From an uncultured Acidobacteriota bacterium (GTDB taxonomy: Bacteria > Acidobacteriota > JAQAZP01): a stretch of DNA of 64,000 nucleotides. Below the pieces are notes generated by a model that was not told the origin of the DNA, searched no databases, and saw only the letters and a program-made list of their open reading frames with translations. The stretch spans positions 448,001 to 512,000 of the forward strand of contig CAWIIB010000009.1 of the NCBI GenBank assembly GCA_963836075.1. The letters are read 5' to 3'. Shown in pieces: positions 27,005 through 40,000 of the stretch. A program made the position numbers and the translations under genes. Positions within the stretch are counted from its first letter, which is position 1; each line of letters begins with the position of its first letter.

Positions 27005-29392
27005 TCAGCGGCCGCCGGTTGAGTCCGGTTCGGCCTCCACGTAGCCCAGGGCTTCGAGGCGTTCCAGCTGTTCGCTGCTCAGCACGCCGCCGCCCTGCTC
27101 ATCCGTTCCACCCGGCCGCCCGGCCGCGAGGTGCCGCTCGAGGTCGGCCAGCAGTTCGGCGGCCGCCGGAGGCTTGTCGCCGAACAGGTCGTCCCGCTCT
27201 CCCGGGTCGCGCCCCAGGTCGAAGAGCAGGTGCTCGCCGGTGTCCGGGGCGTAGAACAGCTTGTAGCCGTCCCGGCGGACGATGCGCGAGGCCTCGTAGC
27301 CCCCCTCGGCGAAAGGCCCGCTGGTCAGCGCATTGAGTTCACTGTATACCCCGGCGGGGCGCGGCTGGCCGCCGGCCGGCAGCGCCTGACCGCCGGCCCC
27401 GGCCGACTCGAGCAGCATCCCCGCCAGGTCCACCGTGCGGACCGGCCGGGCCACCAGGCGCGGAGCGGCGCCGCGGGTGCCGGCCGGTTCGACGATGAAC
27501 AGCGGGACGTGGATCTGCTCCTCGTGCAGGCTGGTGCCGTGCGAGAAGGCACCCCGCTCGGCAAAGGCCTCGCCATGGTCGGCGAGAAAGGCCACCAGCG
27601 TGCGGTCGTCCAGGCCGAGGGCCTCCAGCCGGGCCAGCAGGCGGCCGACGTGGAAATCGGTGAAGGCCACCTCCCCCTCGTAGAGCCGGACCAGGTGCGC
27701 CCGCTCGGCCGGTGAAATGCCGAACGATGGATCGCGAATCCGCTGCAGGTTGAGCCACTCGCTCAGGCCCTGGATCACCTGGGGACGCATGCCGGCGCCA
27801 CCCGCCGGCACCCCGGGATCGTAAGGCGCGGCCGGCTGGTACGGGCCGTGGGGGTCCATGTAATGGACGTAGAGGAAGAAAGGCACATCACCGAACTCGC
27901 CCAGCCGTGCGGCAGCCAGGTCGGTAATGCGCCGCGCCTTCCGCTCCTGGTCGCGCCGGGAGATGGAGTTGAAGGACATGAAGCCCTGGGCGAACCCGTT
28001 GCCCGGCGAAATGAGCTGGTTGTCCGAGATCGCGGCGGTGACGTACCCGGCATCGCGGAACCGCTCGGCCAAGGTGGCCAGGCGCTGGTCCAGCGAGAGC
28101 GTGTTCAAGTAGCGGACGCCGTGCTCGTACGGGTAGAGGCCGGTGAAGATCGAGGCCACCGAGGGGACGGTCCAGGAGCTGGCCGCATACGCGGTGGTGA
28201 ACAGGTCGCCGCGGCGGCTGTAGCTGTCGATGTGCGGGGAGAGGCGCCGCGCGTTGCCCAGGCAGCCGAGCCGGTCGGCGCGCAGCGCATCCACCAGGAT
28301 GACGAGGACGCTGGTCCGCCCCTCGTCCGGAGTCACGATCATCGGATTGGCCCACGCCGCGAAGCGGGCCGAATTCCCGCGGCCCCTGTCTTCGGTGGCG
28401 AAGTGCAGCGTCACCCGCCGGCCGGCGAAACAGGCGAGGGGCACGCGCGCGGTTACCCAGCCCCGCTCGGCCGGCCGTTGCCGCGGCGCCAGGATCCGGT
28501 CGAAGATCGTTGTCCTGCCGCTTTCGCCATCCACGGAGACCTGGACGGAGAAGCGCACCGGGTTGCCGCCGCCGCGCCAGCCCGGTGTGGCGATCCCCGC
28601 GGCGAGGTCGAGTAGCGGGAGGTGCTCCGCGGCCGGCAGCTCGACGGTCAGGTCGAGTGGCGATCCGGGAAGGACGCGCATGATCGGCCGCTGGTCGCCG
28701 GCCAGGGCCAGTGCCGCGCCGGGCTCCCGGTGCTCCGCCTGCAGCAGGCTCTTCTCGACGGCGGGGAGCCCGGCGTGGAAGCGGATGAAATCGAGGTCCA
28801 CCCGGCCCGTGCCGTCCGAAGGGGCCAGTTCGATCCGGTCCAGCCGGCCGCGCCAGGCCGCATCACCGGACACTTCGATGATGTAGGTGCGGAAGGCATC
28901 ACCGGTGATCAGCTGGAACCGTTTCGCCCCCCCCACCATCTCTCCGTCCACCGAGGCACGCCAGAAGAGCCGGCCCCAGTGCCCTGCCGAAGCCCGCAGC
29001 CGCACCCGGACCTCGCGCACCTCGCTGCAGTCGAAGTCCGGCCGGAGCCGCACCCGGGTCTGCCCTCCGGCCGACGGGAGGGTGAGCCGGCCGTCGGCTG
29101 CCGGTCCGGCGTCCGCCCCGGGCCGCAGCTGCCAGGGGAGGTCGCCGCCCTCGCCGGAGAACTCGCAGGCGGAAACCAGGCGCTCCCGTTCCGCCAGCAG
29201 CCGCCGGTAGCGGGCCTGCCGCTGTCCGGCGCGCCCGTCGCTCACCCGGGACAGTTCGATGAGATCGATGATCCCGCCGCGCACGGCCGCGGCCTGTCCG
29301 GGCTCCGGCGCCGGCCGGCACCCACCGGTGGCGGCAACCAGGAGCATGGCAAGCAGAATGGGGAACGTGGTGCGCACGGTCCTCCTCGACAC
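27005..29392 (-). CDS. Sulfatase-like (alkaline phosphatase superfamily) lipoprotein with N-terminal beta-domains
   Basis: Lipobox ATGG-C; LVDALRADRLG, SSWT.PS.AS.FTG, HYMDPH.PY, Y.GEV...D, ADHGE, HG..L..E..HVPL, terminal L.ALGY. Confidence 0.9.
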   Translation of the reverse strand: MSRRTVRTTFPILLAMLLVAATGGCRPAPEPGQAAAVRGGIIDLIELSRVSDGRAGQRQARYRRLLAERERLVSACEFSGEGGDLPWQLRPGADAGPAADGRLTLPSAGGQTRVRLRPDFDCSEVREVRVRLRASAGHWGRLFWRASVDGEMVGGAKRFQLITGDAFRTYIIEVSGDAAWRGRLDRIELAPSDGTGRVDLDFIRFHAGLPAVEKSLLQAEHREPGAALALAGDQRPIMRVLPGSPLDLTVELPAAEHLPLLDLAAGIATPGWRGGGNPVRFSVQVSVDGESGRTTIFDRILAPRQRPAERGWVTARVPLACFAGRRVTLHFATEDRGRGNSARFAAWANPMIVTPDEGRTSVLVILVDALRADRLGCLGNARRLSPHIDSYSRRGDLFTTAYAASSWTVPSVASIFTGLYPYEHGVRYLNTLSLDQRLATLAERFRDAGYVTAAISDNQLISPGNGFAQGFMSFNSISRRDQERKARRITDLAAARLGEFGDVPFFLYVHYMDPHGPYQPAAPYDPGVPAGGAGMRPQVIQGLSEWLNLQRIRDPSFGISPAERAHLVRLYEGEVAFTDFHVGRLLARLEALGLDDRTLVAFLADHGEAFAERGAFSHGTSLHEEQIHVPLFIVEPAGTRGAAPRLVARPVRTVDLAGMLLESAGAGGQALPAGGQPRPAGVYSELNALTSGPFAEGGYEASRIVRRDGYKLFYAPDTGEHLLFDLGRDPGERDDLFGDKPPAAAELLADLERHLAAGRPGGTDEQGGGVLSSEQLERLEALGYVEAEPDSTGGR

Positions 29393-29504
29393 CGGGTCCG
29401 GTCATCGTCGGGCGAATCGTCTCTGGATCCTTCAAGAATGATCTACAGCCGTTGTAGCCGACCCGGCGGATTCCGTCAAGACCGGTCACCACGTCCCGTT
29501 GCCA

Positions 29505-29562
29505 GTTGTGGCTCCTGAATATTCCATACGACGCGCTGAAGGTTGTCCCTCCTGAATATTCC
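29505..29562. repeat. Two 21-bp direct repeats, 37 bp apart, each with a GAATATTC palindrome
   Basis: GTTGTGGCTCCTGAATATTCC (29505-29525) and GTTGTCCCTCCTGAATATTCC (29542-29562). Confidence 0.7.
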
Positions 29563-30052
29563 GTCCGCGTTCATTTCATTAGACTTACGCGACCGCCATG
29601 AAATCAAGAAACTCGACGTCTTACGATACTGCAGTGTGTAACCCGATTTGAGTTTTTTGCCAACGCTCTCTGGTCATCCGGAATCCCACTTTATCCCGGA
29701 CATGTACGCTCTGAGCCATTAGCCCGGGGAGCTGCACTGGTCTCACTTTCAGCCGCATTCCACGCCGCTCTCGCCTGCTCACAAGAGAACCCGAATCTCA
29801 ATCCCGGGCGATTTCCGGATTTCGATGCCGGGTTCCGGTCTCCCCGCTTGGCGAGATTTCTGCTGCCTGCAGCAATTAAAAAATACGGCAATACACTCTC
29901 ATCACCGGTTTGATTCAAGCCGCTTCGAATGTCCCTGGCCCGGGTGACCAGGTACATGGGATGGAAGCCGTACCGCTGTGCTTCCGCGCAGCGGTCGATG
30001 CAGTATGATTGGTGAAGCAACCATTCAGCCACAATCCTGGAGGGAACAACCG

Positions 30053-30947
30053 ATGAACGAATTCTGGCAATCACTGGACGAACTGCTGAACAGGCAGCTC
30101 TTCTCTCTCGGCGGTTGGACACTCAGCCTGCACCGGGCACTGTCTTTCATTCTGATTCTCGCGGTCGCTTTCGCCCTGTCCATCTTTTTCCAGCGCATGG
30201 TGGACCTGGCCTTCCGGCGTCGGGAGATTCAGGATGAAGGCACACAGGCCGTGGTGAAACGGCTTCTCCATTACCTGATTCTGCTCATCGGGCTCGGCGT
30301 CGGTCTCGAGACCGTGGGCGTGGAGTTGACGGCGCTCTTCACTGCCGGAGCCGTTTTCGCCGTTGCCATCGGTTTTGCCATGCAGACGATTCTGCAGAAT
30401 TTTGTCGCGGGTGTGATCCTCCTGATCGAACGGTCGATCAAGCCGGGGGATATACTCGATGTCGAAGGGATGAGGGTGAAAGTCGTGACCATGGGCATCC
30501 GGACAACGGTGGCCCGCACGCTGGACGAAGAGGACCTCATTCTGCCGAACTCGCTGTTGAGCCAGTCAATAGTGAAGAACTTCACCTTGCGGGACACGCT
30601 CTACCGGGTCCGGGTCCCGGTCGGCGTCTCCTACGGCTCCGACATGCGGCAGGTATTTGAAATCCTCAAATCCGCGTCTTCGGGTTTGCCGGGGGTGGGA
30701 TATGATCGGGAGCCGGTCGGTACTGTTGACCGAATTCGGGAGCTCCTCGGTCAACTTCGAGGTTTCGGTCTGGACCAACAATTCATGGGTCTATCGACAG
30801 ACCGTGTCGAGGCTCAACGAGAGTATCTGGTGGGGTCTGAAAAAAGCCAACATCACCATCGCGTTCCCCCAGTTGGACGTGCATTTCGATCCGCCGGTGG
30901 AAAAGTCCCTGCAGGCTCTGGGCGGAACAGCTTCTCCAGCCGCTTGA
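30053..30947 (+). CDS. mscS: Small-conductance mechanosensitive channel (MscS family); one frameshift near 30720
   Basis: GFA.Q..LQNFVAG.ILL.ER.IKPGD, IRTT, PNS, VGVSYGSD; continues in another frame as EFG.SS.NF.V.VW...I.IAFPQLDVH. Confidence 0.88.
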
Positions 30948-31053
30948 ACGACGCGAGCTGGTGTCCGGGCGCCGGGCAGATTCTATGATATACTCAGCCG
31001 TATACTATATTGTTTCAATAGTTTAGGTGGCGAACCACAGCGATGGACAGTTG

Positions 31054-34000
31054 ATGCATCATCTGGAAAAAACAGCCATCCTCATCAGTTACTTCGCCAA
31101 ACAGGATGAAGCTCGTGAAGCTTTCTTTAAACTGCGCCGGAAGGGACACCGCCGCGTCGCGTGGGTGAGCAAGAGCGCGGAGGGAAAGGTCCGGACGCGG
31201 GATCCCTTCCGCAGGCGCCGGGCCTGGGGAGCGGTCGTTGCCATTGTCCTGTTTGGATGTCTGGCAACAGCGGTTTCACTGCGCTTTACGTGGCCGGAGC
31301 CGCTGCTTCGTCCTTTCCCGGGAATCCTGCTCGTGGTTCTGGTGGGCGGGCTCCTCGGCTTCCTGGTTAATGCTGCCTGGATGCGGCGATCGAGGTTGGG
31401 AATCGCGAGAACGTTGCTTGACAATCATGCGCGCTGGCTCGTTTCCGGTGAATCGATCATTATTCTCCAGGGACCGATCGATACCTTGCATCGCCCCTTC
31501 TCCCTGTTGCTGAAAAGCAGCGAGGTCCCGCCACGAGTCTTTGTTTTGCACCCCCGACGGGAAAGAAGCGTCAAAGCGGACTGGCGCCCGGGGAGACCGC
31601 CCCCCAATCCGGCGCAGCTGAAGGATAATGCTCAGCAACTGGCCGCTGTGCATCAGGTTGACCCGGCACCGCCACGGAACAACAGATTTCTCAAGCGGCT
31701 CGATCAGGGTCTCAAGCATTTCCAGCAAGCTTGCCTGGATCTCTCGGAAGCATATCGCTTGCAACTATCCGCACCGCCGGCCAGTGAATGGCTCCTCGAC
31801 AACGAATATATCTTTGAAAGCAACGCCCGCGACATCCGGCTTAACCTGCCCAGGCGTTATTACCGGCAGTTGCCGGTGCTGGCCAACGGGCCCGACCAGG
31901 GGATGCCTCGCATCTACGGCCTGGCGCGGGAACTTGTCGCTCAGACCGGCCTGCATCTGGATCAGGAGGTCATTCTGGCCTATATCCAGGCCTATCAGTC
32001 GGTAAAGCCACTGACCATCGGCGAACTCTGGGCCGTTCCCCAGCTGTTGCGCACCGCTCTGCTCGAGCAGATTCAGCAGTTGAGCCGCCGAGCCCTTTCA
32101 GAACTGCGTGAAGGTGAGATCGCCGATTTTTGGGCCAACCGGCTCATCGCCGCCAAACGCCGGGATCCCAACCAGTTCTTTTCGATCCTGGCAGAACTGA
32201 CCGAGAACCAACCCAGCCCGAGCCCCTGTTTCGCGGCACAACTGATAGACTACCTCTACGATGAAGAGGCCACACTGGCCCCGGTGCTGGCCTGGCTGGA
32301 GCACACACTCCACAAATCCCCGAACGAACTCGGCGTGTTCGAGAAAAACCGCCAGACCAAGGATCAAATATCGATTGGGAATGCTTTTAACAGTCTGCGC
32401 CATCTCGCCCTGCTCGATTGGAAGGAGTGCTTCGAGAAGCTGAGCCGAGTGGAACAAACGCTGCGGCAGGATCCCGCCGGTATCTATCCCCGGATGGATT
32501 TTGCCACGCGCGACCGATATCGGCGAGCGATTGAGGACCTCCACCGCGGGTCCGGTCGGTCCGAGATCCAGGTCGCCAGGCATCACCCTCGAGATGGCCG
32601 CTCAGGCTGGACGCGATCCCGGTCGGGATGAGCAGGCAACTCACGTTGGATCCTATCTAATTGGCGAAAACAGAAAAGCCCTGGTTCACCGCATCAAGGG
32701 TCATGAGACGATCCGTTTCCGTGCCATGCACTGGGCCTATCGTCATCACTCGGCGGTATATTTCACCGGGCTGGGCTTTATCTCCGCCGCATTCATTTTC
32801 CTGGTCCTTTGGCTTGGCTTGCTTTCCCATGCCCCCGGAATACAGATGATCATCGTCGCCCTTCTGCTCGTCCCGGTGAGCCAGCTTGCACTGGAGGGGG
32901 TGAACTACCTGGTGCTGCGGCTCTTGCCGCCGCGTACCCTTCCGAAGATGGATTTCCGGGCCTCGGGGATTCCCGACGCCTGCCGGACGCTGGTCGTCAT
33001 ACCGATGATGCTGGTGGATCAGGAGACGATAAAAGCCGAGGCGGAAAAACTGGAGATCCGATTATCTGGCCAACAAAGAGGAGAATCTGCTTTTTGGCCT
33101 GTATTCGGATTACAAGGATGCGGCCCAGGCCCGCTGTGAAACTGACGCGCCCCTGCTCGAAGACATCACGCAACGCATCGAGGACCTCAATCGACGTTAT
33201 GGCGGCGCACGGTTCTTTCTCTTCCACCGGGAGCGGAAATGGAGCGAATCAGAGCAGCGGTTTATCGGTTGGGAGCGCAAACGGGGGAAGCTGGAAGAAC
33301 TCAACAGCCTGATCGATGGTACGCGGCCTGACGCCGCCGATCCCCTGGTTTACGTCGGCGACCCGGACCAGTTGTCCAACGTCAGGTTCGTCATCACCCT
33401 GGACAGCGACACTCAACTGCCGCACGATTCCGCCCGCCGAATGATCGAGACGCTGGCCCACCCCTTGAACCGGGTACGCTTCGATGACGCCGGCCGGGTC
33501 CAGTCCGGTTATACCATCATCCAGCCGCGGGTGAGTCCTTCCCTGCCCAGCGCGAGCGGCTCCCCGTTCAGCCGGCTCTTCTCCAATCCCATCGGCATCG
33601 ACCCCTATACCAGTGCGGTTTCCGACGTCTACCAGGATCTGACCGGGGCAGGTTCTTATCACGGCAAGGGCATCTATGAGGTGCGTGCCTTCAGCCGAGT
33701 GCTGTCCGGCCGGTTTCCCGAGGCGCTGCTGCTGAGCCATGACTTGATCGAAGGCGCTCACGTCCGCGTGGGCCTGGCCAGCGACATCGAGCTTTTCGAT
33801 GAGTTCCCACAGGATTACCTGAGTTATATCAAGCGGGAGCACCGCTGGATTCGCGGTGATTGGCAGATCGCGGATTGGGTCATGCCGCGGGTTCCGAGCC
33901 CCGGCGGCGGACGAAGCGCCAACCCGCTCTCCCTGTTCGACCGCTGGAAGATCCTTGACAATCTGCGGCGCAGCTTGCTGCCGGCGGCCAGCCTGGCGCT

Positions 34001-37000
34001 GCTGATCGTCTGCTGGTTGACTTCCGCCCGGGCCGGGTGGGTCGCCACCGTGCTGGTCGTCACCCAACTGTTCTTCCACTCCCTGGTTCAGCCGTTCACC
34101 TGGGCAACAAGTGGTCGGACCATCAGGGGCGTCTCCATCACCCGCGAAGCCCATGATCTGCTGCGGGTGCTGGTTGAGGCGGCCCTGCTTCCATACCAGG
34201 CCTGGACAGGTCTGGACGCCGTGGTCCGGGTCTTCTATCGAAAGCACATCTCGCATCGGAGGCTGTTGGAGTGGACTTCGGCCCAGGTGACCCATGGCGG
34301 CGCCCAGCTCAAAGTACCCATGTTTCTGCTTTCAATGGTCCTGGCGAGCCTGTTCAGTGTGATTGTCGGATGCATGGTTTACTGGTTTCGACCGGCAAAT
34401 TTTTGGCTGGCCGGTCCCTGGCTGTTGCTCTGGTTCCTTTCCCCGATGATCGGCTGGCTCCTCGACCGGCGGCCGGAAGTGAAGCAGCCTCAATCCCTGC
34501 TGCTGGCCGAAGACCGGCAATTCCTGGGGACGGTCGCTCGGCGGACCTGGCGTTTTTTCTCGGACTTCGTGACACAGGAAACCTCCTGGTTGCCACCCGA
34601 CAACTACCAGGTTGCCTATCAGGACCGGCTGGCCATGCGGACCAGTCCGACCAACATCGGCCTCTACCTGGCCAGCGTGCTCAGTGCCCATGATTTTGGT
34701 TATGTAACCCTTGATGAGGTCATAGGCAAACTTACACTGACCATGAATACGATTGACAAGCTGGAACGCCACGAGGGCCACCTGCTCAATTGGTACGATC
34801 ATTCAGACCCTGGCGCCCCTGAATCCGCGCTACGTTTCAACCGTGGACAGCGGTAATCTGCTGGGGGCCTTGTGGGCGCTGGACCCGGGGCTGGAAGCGC
34901 TGATCCGGGCGCCGCTCTTGGACGGGAAAGCCTTTTCCGGGCTGCGCGACACCGGCGAAGTGCTGCGACAGGTTATCCGGGACAAGACGGACCATGGTGT
35001 TTCCACCCGGCCCCTGGACGAACTGCTGCGCCCCAGTGGGAATCCCGCCGGACGGGATAACCGACATGCTCGGCCGGCTGCGCCAGGGGGGGGATCACCT
35101 GCGGGAACTGGCCGCACGTGCCGATGCCAACAGTGGCTGAAGGGCAAGGCGCAGCCGACTGGATCGGACAGATGGCGAGCCAGATCGCGGCCTGGCAAGG
35201 CCTCGCCGATCGCTACCTCACCTGGGTCGAGATCCTGGCGGAGAAGACAGTGGAGGAGATCGCCGTGCTGGCCCCGGACTCCCGATCGGCTTTTCTCCAG
35301 GCTACCCGGCAGGCTCCTTCGCTTGTGGACCTGGCCCGCGGCGACCTTGCCTGCATCGTGTCGCTCCGGGCCATCCGGGAAGAAGCGCCGGAAAATGCGG
35401 CGGCTCTCCGGGACTGGATTGATCGCGTCCTGGAAGCCTTCAACACGTCGAAATGGTTGGCCGGTGAGATGCTGGACCAGGTCGAGCAGCTCCGGCAACG
35501 GATGCGCGAGTTCTCTGCCTCGATTGACATGGGCTTCCTCTACAACCCCGAACGCCGGCTCTTCTCCATCGGTTTCAATGTTTCGGAAGGACGACTGGAT
35601 CATGCCTTCTATGATTTGCTGGCCAGCGAAGCGCGGTTGGGCAGTTTTGTCGCCATCGCCCGGGGAGACATTCCTGCCGAGCATTGGTTTGCCATGGGCC
35701 GGCCTTACGGCGCCATCGGCCGGCGCCGGGCGCTGCTCAGCTGGACCGGGACGATGTTCGAATATCTGATGCCGCTGCTTTTCCAGCGCTCGTACGGGAA
35801 CTCGCTGCTGGATAAATCCGCCAGGGAGGCCGTGGCGATCCAGATCGCCTATGGCCGCAAGCACGGGGTGCCGTGGGGGATTTCGGAGTGCGCTTTCGCG
35901 GACCTGGATCATGAAAAAACGTATCAATACCAGGCCTTTGGCGTGCCGGAACTCGGTCTGAAACGGGGCCTGGCGGACAAGATCGTCGTCGCGCCATACG
36001 CCACCCTGCTGGCGGTGGGCATCGCGCCGCGAGAATCATTGCGCAACCTGAAACGTTTGGCCGAAATGGGATTGCTGAACGACTATGGGTATTTCGAAGC
36101 TCTGGACTACAGCCAGCAACCAAGCCGCGGGGGTCGAACGGGGGGTGATCGTGCGGACCTACATGGCGCACCACCAGGGCATGAGTTTTCTCGCGCTGAC
36201 CAATTTCCTTCATGATAATTCCCTGCAGCGTCATTTCCGGTCCGACCCCCGCGTGCGCGCAGTTGAACCGTTGCTTCATGAGCGTATTCCGAACCTTCCC
36301 CCGCTGCACCACGTCTCCACGCGTGAGCGGGTCTCATCAGTGGGGGGCCTCGGCGAAGTCACGCCATCGGTCAGCCAGTTCGAAGACACCCCATACCGCT
36401 ACCCCGAAGACCCAATTGCTGAACAATGGCCGCTATGGCCTGATGCTGACCAACGCCGGCGGCGGCTATAGCTGCTGGGGAGACTTCGAGATCACGCGTT
36501 GGCGATCGGATCGGACCCGGGATTCATGGGGGACCTTCTGTTACATCCACGAGGCCGGTTCGGACAGGTTGTGGTGTAACACCTATCAGCCGACCGGTGG
36601 TCCGGTTGAGGGATATCTGACCAACTTCACGCTCGACCGGGCCGTGTTCCGGCGCGTCGACCATGGCATCGAGTGTGAAACCGAGGTTGTCGTCGCACCG
36701 GAAGATGATGTCGAGATCCGGCGGATGACGCTGATCAACCGTTCCCCGCGCACGCCGCCGGCTCGAACTGACGAGTTACGTTGAACTCGCGCTGGCGCCG
36801 CACAAGGCGGATCGACAGCATCCGGCGTTCAACAAGCTGTTCATCCAGACCGAGGCGCTGCCGGAACAGCGAGCGCTCCTGGCCCACCGACGGCCTCGCA
36901 GCGGAAACGAACAGCCGATCCACGTCGCCCACCGCTTTACGCTGGCGCAGGCCCCGGAGGAGGACGTGCGCTTCGAATCCGACCGGCGCCGTTTCATCGG

Positions 37001-40000
37001 ACGTGGCCGCACACTCGCCCGGCCGATGGGGGCCCTGCAGGAACCCGGCAACAGCCAGGGATTCGTCCTCGACCCCATCCTGAGCCTGCGCCAGGACTTG
37101 ACTCTGGAGCCCGGCGAACGGGTTGAGGCTTCCCTGGTGCTGGCCGCCGGCGAAACCAGGGAGCAGGTCATCGGTTTGATGAACAATTACGGCGATCCCC
37201 GAGCGATCGACCTGGCCATGGATTCAGCCTGGGCCTCGGCCCAGCTGGAGCTTCGCCTGCTGCGGATTCAGCCTGACGACGCGCGCCGTTTCCAGCAACT
37301 GGCCGGTCATCTCTTGTATCCCAACCCACTGCTGCGCTCGGCCTCGGAGCACATCGCGGAAAACCGCAAGGGGCAGGCCGGCTTGTGGGCCTATGGCATC
37401 TCGGGTGATCTGCCCATCGTCCTGGTCTCCATCAGCGAAAAAAGTGATCTTGCCCTGGTCCGCCAGATGCTCCAGGCGCACACCTACTGGCGTACGCACG
37501 GGCTAATGACCGACCTGGTGATCTTGAACGAGGAGGCCGGCGGTTATGAGCAGCCCCTGAAAGATCAGCTGGAACACCTGATCCATGCCCCTTCGGCCGC
37601 CAGCGGCGGAAGACCTTGCGGCGGGGTCTTCCTGCTCAGTGCGGACCTTGTCCCTGCCGAAGACCTGACGCTTTTGCGAGCGGTGGCAAGTGTGGTTATG
37701 GTGGCGGCCCGCGGAGCTTTGCCTCAGCAGTTGAGCAGACCGCCAGAAGTGTCGGATTTCCCAAAGCCCCTGGTCGGGACACACGATCTCCAGGATCCTT
37801 CGGCCGTGCTCCCCTTCCTCGAGCTCGCCTACTTCAACAGCCTTGGCGGGTTCACCCCGGATGGCCGCGAATACGCCATTTATCTCGGGCCGGATGTGAA
37901 CACCCCCGCGCCCTGGGCCAACGTTATCGCCAGCCCGTGCTTCGGCACGCTGATCAGCGAAACCGGAGCCGGATTCACCTGGCAGGGCAACAGCCAGCGC
38001 AACCGGCTGACATCGTGGTCCAATGACCCGGTGCTGGACCCTTCTTCGGAAGCAATCTATATCCGGGATGAGGAAACCGGGATCTATTGGACGCCAACCG
38101 CATCGCCGATCCGGGAGGAGCTCGCCTACCGGGTCAGGCATGGCGCGGGCTACACGGTCTTCGAGCACAACAGCCATGGCCTCGAGCAGGAGTTGACGGT
38201 TTTCGTTCCCCTGGACGATCAGGGAGGCGAACCGATCAAACTGCAGCGGCTGTTTCTCCGCAACGACTCCTCCCGACCGCGCTCGCTGGCGGTGACGTAT
38301 TACGTGGAGTGGACCCTTGGGGAGTCGCGGGAGTCTTCCCAGATGCACGTGGTGACCGACTGGGATGATGAAGTCCAGGCGGTGATCGCCCGCAACGCCT
38401 ACCAGCCTGACTATGAGGATCACGTGGCTTTTGCGGCATTGAGCGCGCCGACAGAGAGCTACACCGGTGACCGTACCGCCTTTATTGGGCGCAACCGCTC
38501 AATGGTCAACCCGCTGGCCATGGAGCGAGTCAGCCTGTCAGGACGGACGGGAGCGGGCTTTGATCCGTGCGCAGGGTTACAAGCCACGATCAACCTGGCT
38601 CCGGGCGAACGTGCTGAAATCTGCTGCATGCTCGGCCAGGCCCGCTCGCTGAAACAGGTCCATGACCTGGTGCTGGCCTATCGCGAGGATCAGGCGCCGG
38701 AGACCGCGCTCCGGGAGACCCAGGCGTGGTGGGATCATCGGCTCGGTTCGATCCGCGTCCAGACCCCCGAACTTGCCACGGACTTCCTGGTCAACCGCTG
38801 GCTGCCCTATCAAAACCTGGCCTGCCGTATCTGGGGGCGTTCGGCCTTTTACCAGTCCGGTGGCGCCTTTGGTTTCCGAGATCAACTGCAGGACGTGATG
38901 GCGCTGCTCTACGCCGACCCAGCCCTGGCGCGAGAACACATCCTGCTCGCGGCCAGTCGGCAGTTCGAGGAGGGCGATGTGCAGCACTGGTGGCATCCCC
39001 CGCGCGGCGAAGGAATCCGCTCGCGGATCTCCGATGATCTCCTCTGGCTGCCCTTCACCGTCGCGCAATACCTGAGGGTTACCGCCGATGTGGACATCCT
39101 GAGCGAATCGGTCCCCTTTCTCGACGCACCAACCCTTGATGACGATGAGCACGAGAGCTATCAATCACCGGAGGTTTCGTCGGAACGGGCTTCCCTCTTT
39201 GAGCACTGCCAACGCGCAGTTTTGCGCAGCCAGAGCTACGGCGTCAATGGGCTGCCCCTGATGGGAACCGGGGACTGGAACGACGGGATGAACCTTGTCG
39301 GCGCCGGGGGCAAGGGAGAGAGCGTTTGGCTGGGGTGGTTTCTGGCTGATGTGCTGCAGGGGATGGCGGAGATGTCCGAAGGCTTGAACCGTCCGGACTT
39401 GCGCCAGGCCTATGAGCAAGATCGAAAATCGCTGATCAGTCGAGTGGAGCAGGCCGCGTGGGATGGAGAGTGGTATCTTCGCGCAACATTTGACGATGGT
39501 TCACCACTGGGCTCCCGCTCGAATATCGAAGCGCGGATCGATTCTCTGCCCCAATCCTGGGCCTGGTTGAGCGGCGGGGCCAAGCCGGATCGAGCCGCTC
39601 AAGCCCTCGAATCTGCGTGGCACCATCTCGTCCGCGAGGATCTGGGACTGGTGCTGCTTTTTGACCCTCCGTTTGACCGGGCGGATCCATCACCGGGGTA
39701 CATCATGGGATACCCGCCGGGGGTGCGGGAGAACGGAGGCCAGTACACCCACGCGGCTGTATGGCTGGCAATGGCCATGGCGAAGAGTAGTGATGGTGAC
39801 CGGGCAGTGAAAATCCTGCGCCTGCTCAACCCGATCGAGCACGCCCGCGATTCGGAAACGGTCTGGCGTTACGGGGTCGAGCCGTATGTGGTCGCCGCCG
39901 ATGTCTACGGACTGTCCGGGTGGGTCGGTCACGGCGGCTGGTCCTGGTATACCGGTTCGGCGGCGTGGATGTACCGCGCCTGGGTGGAAGACATTCTGGG

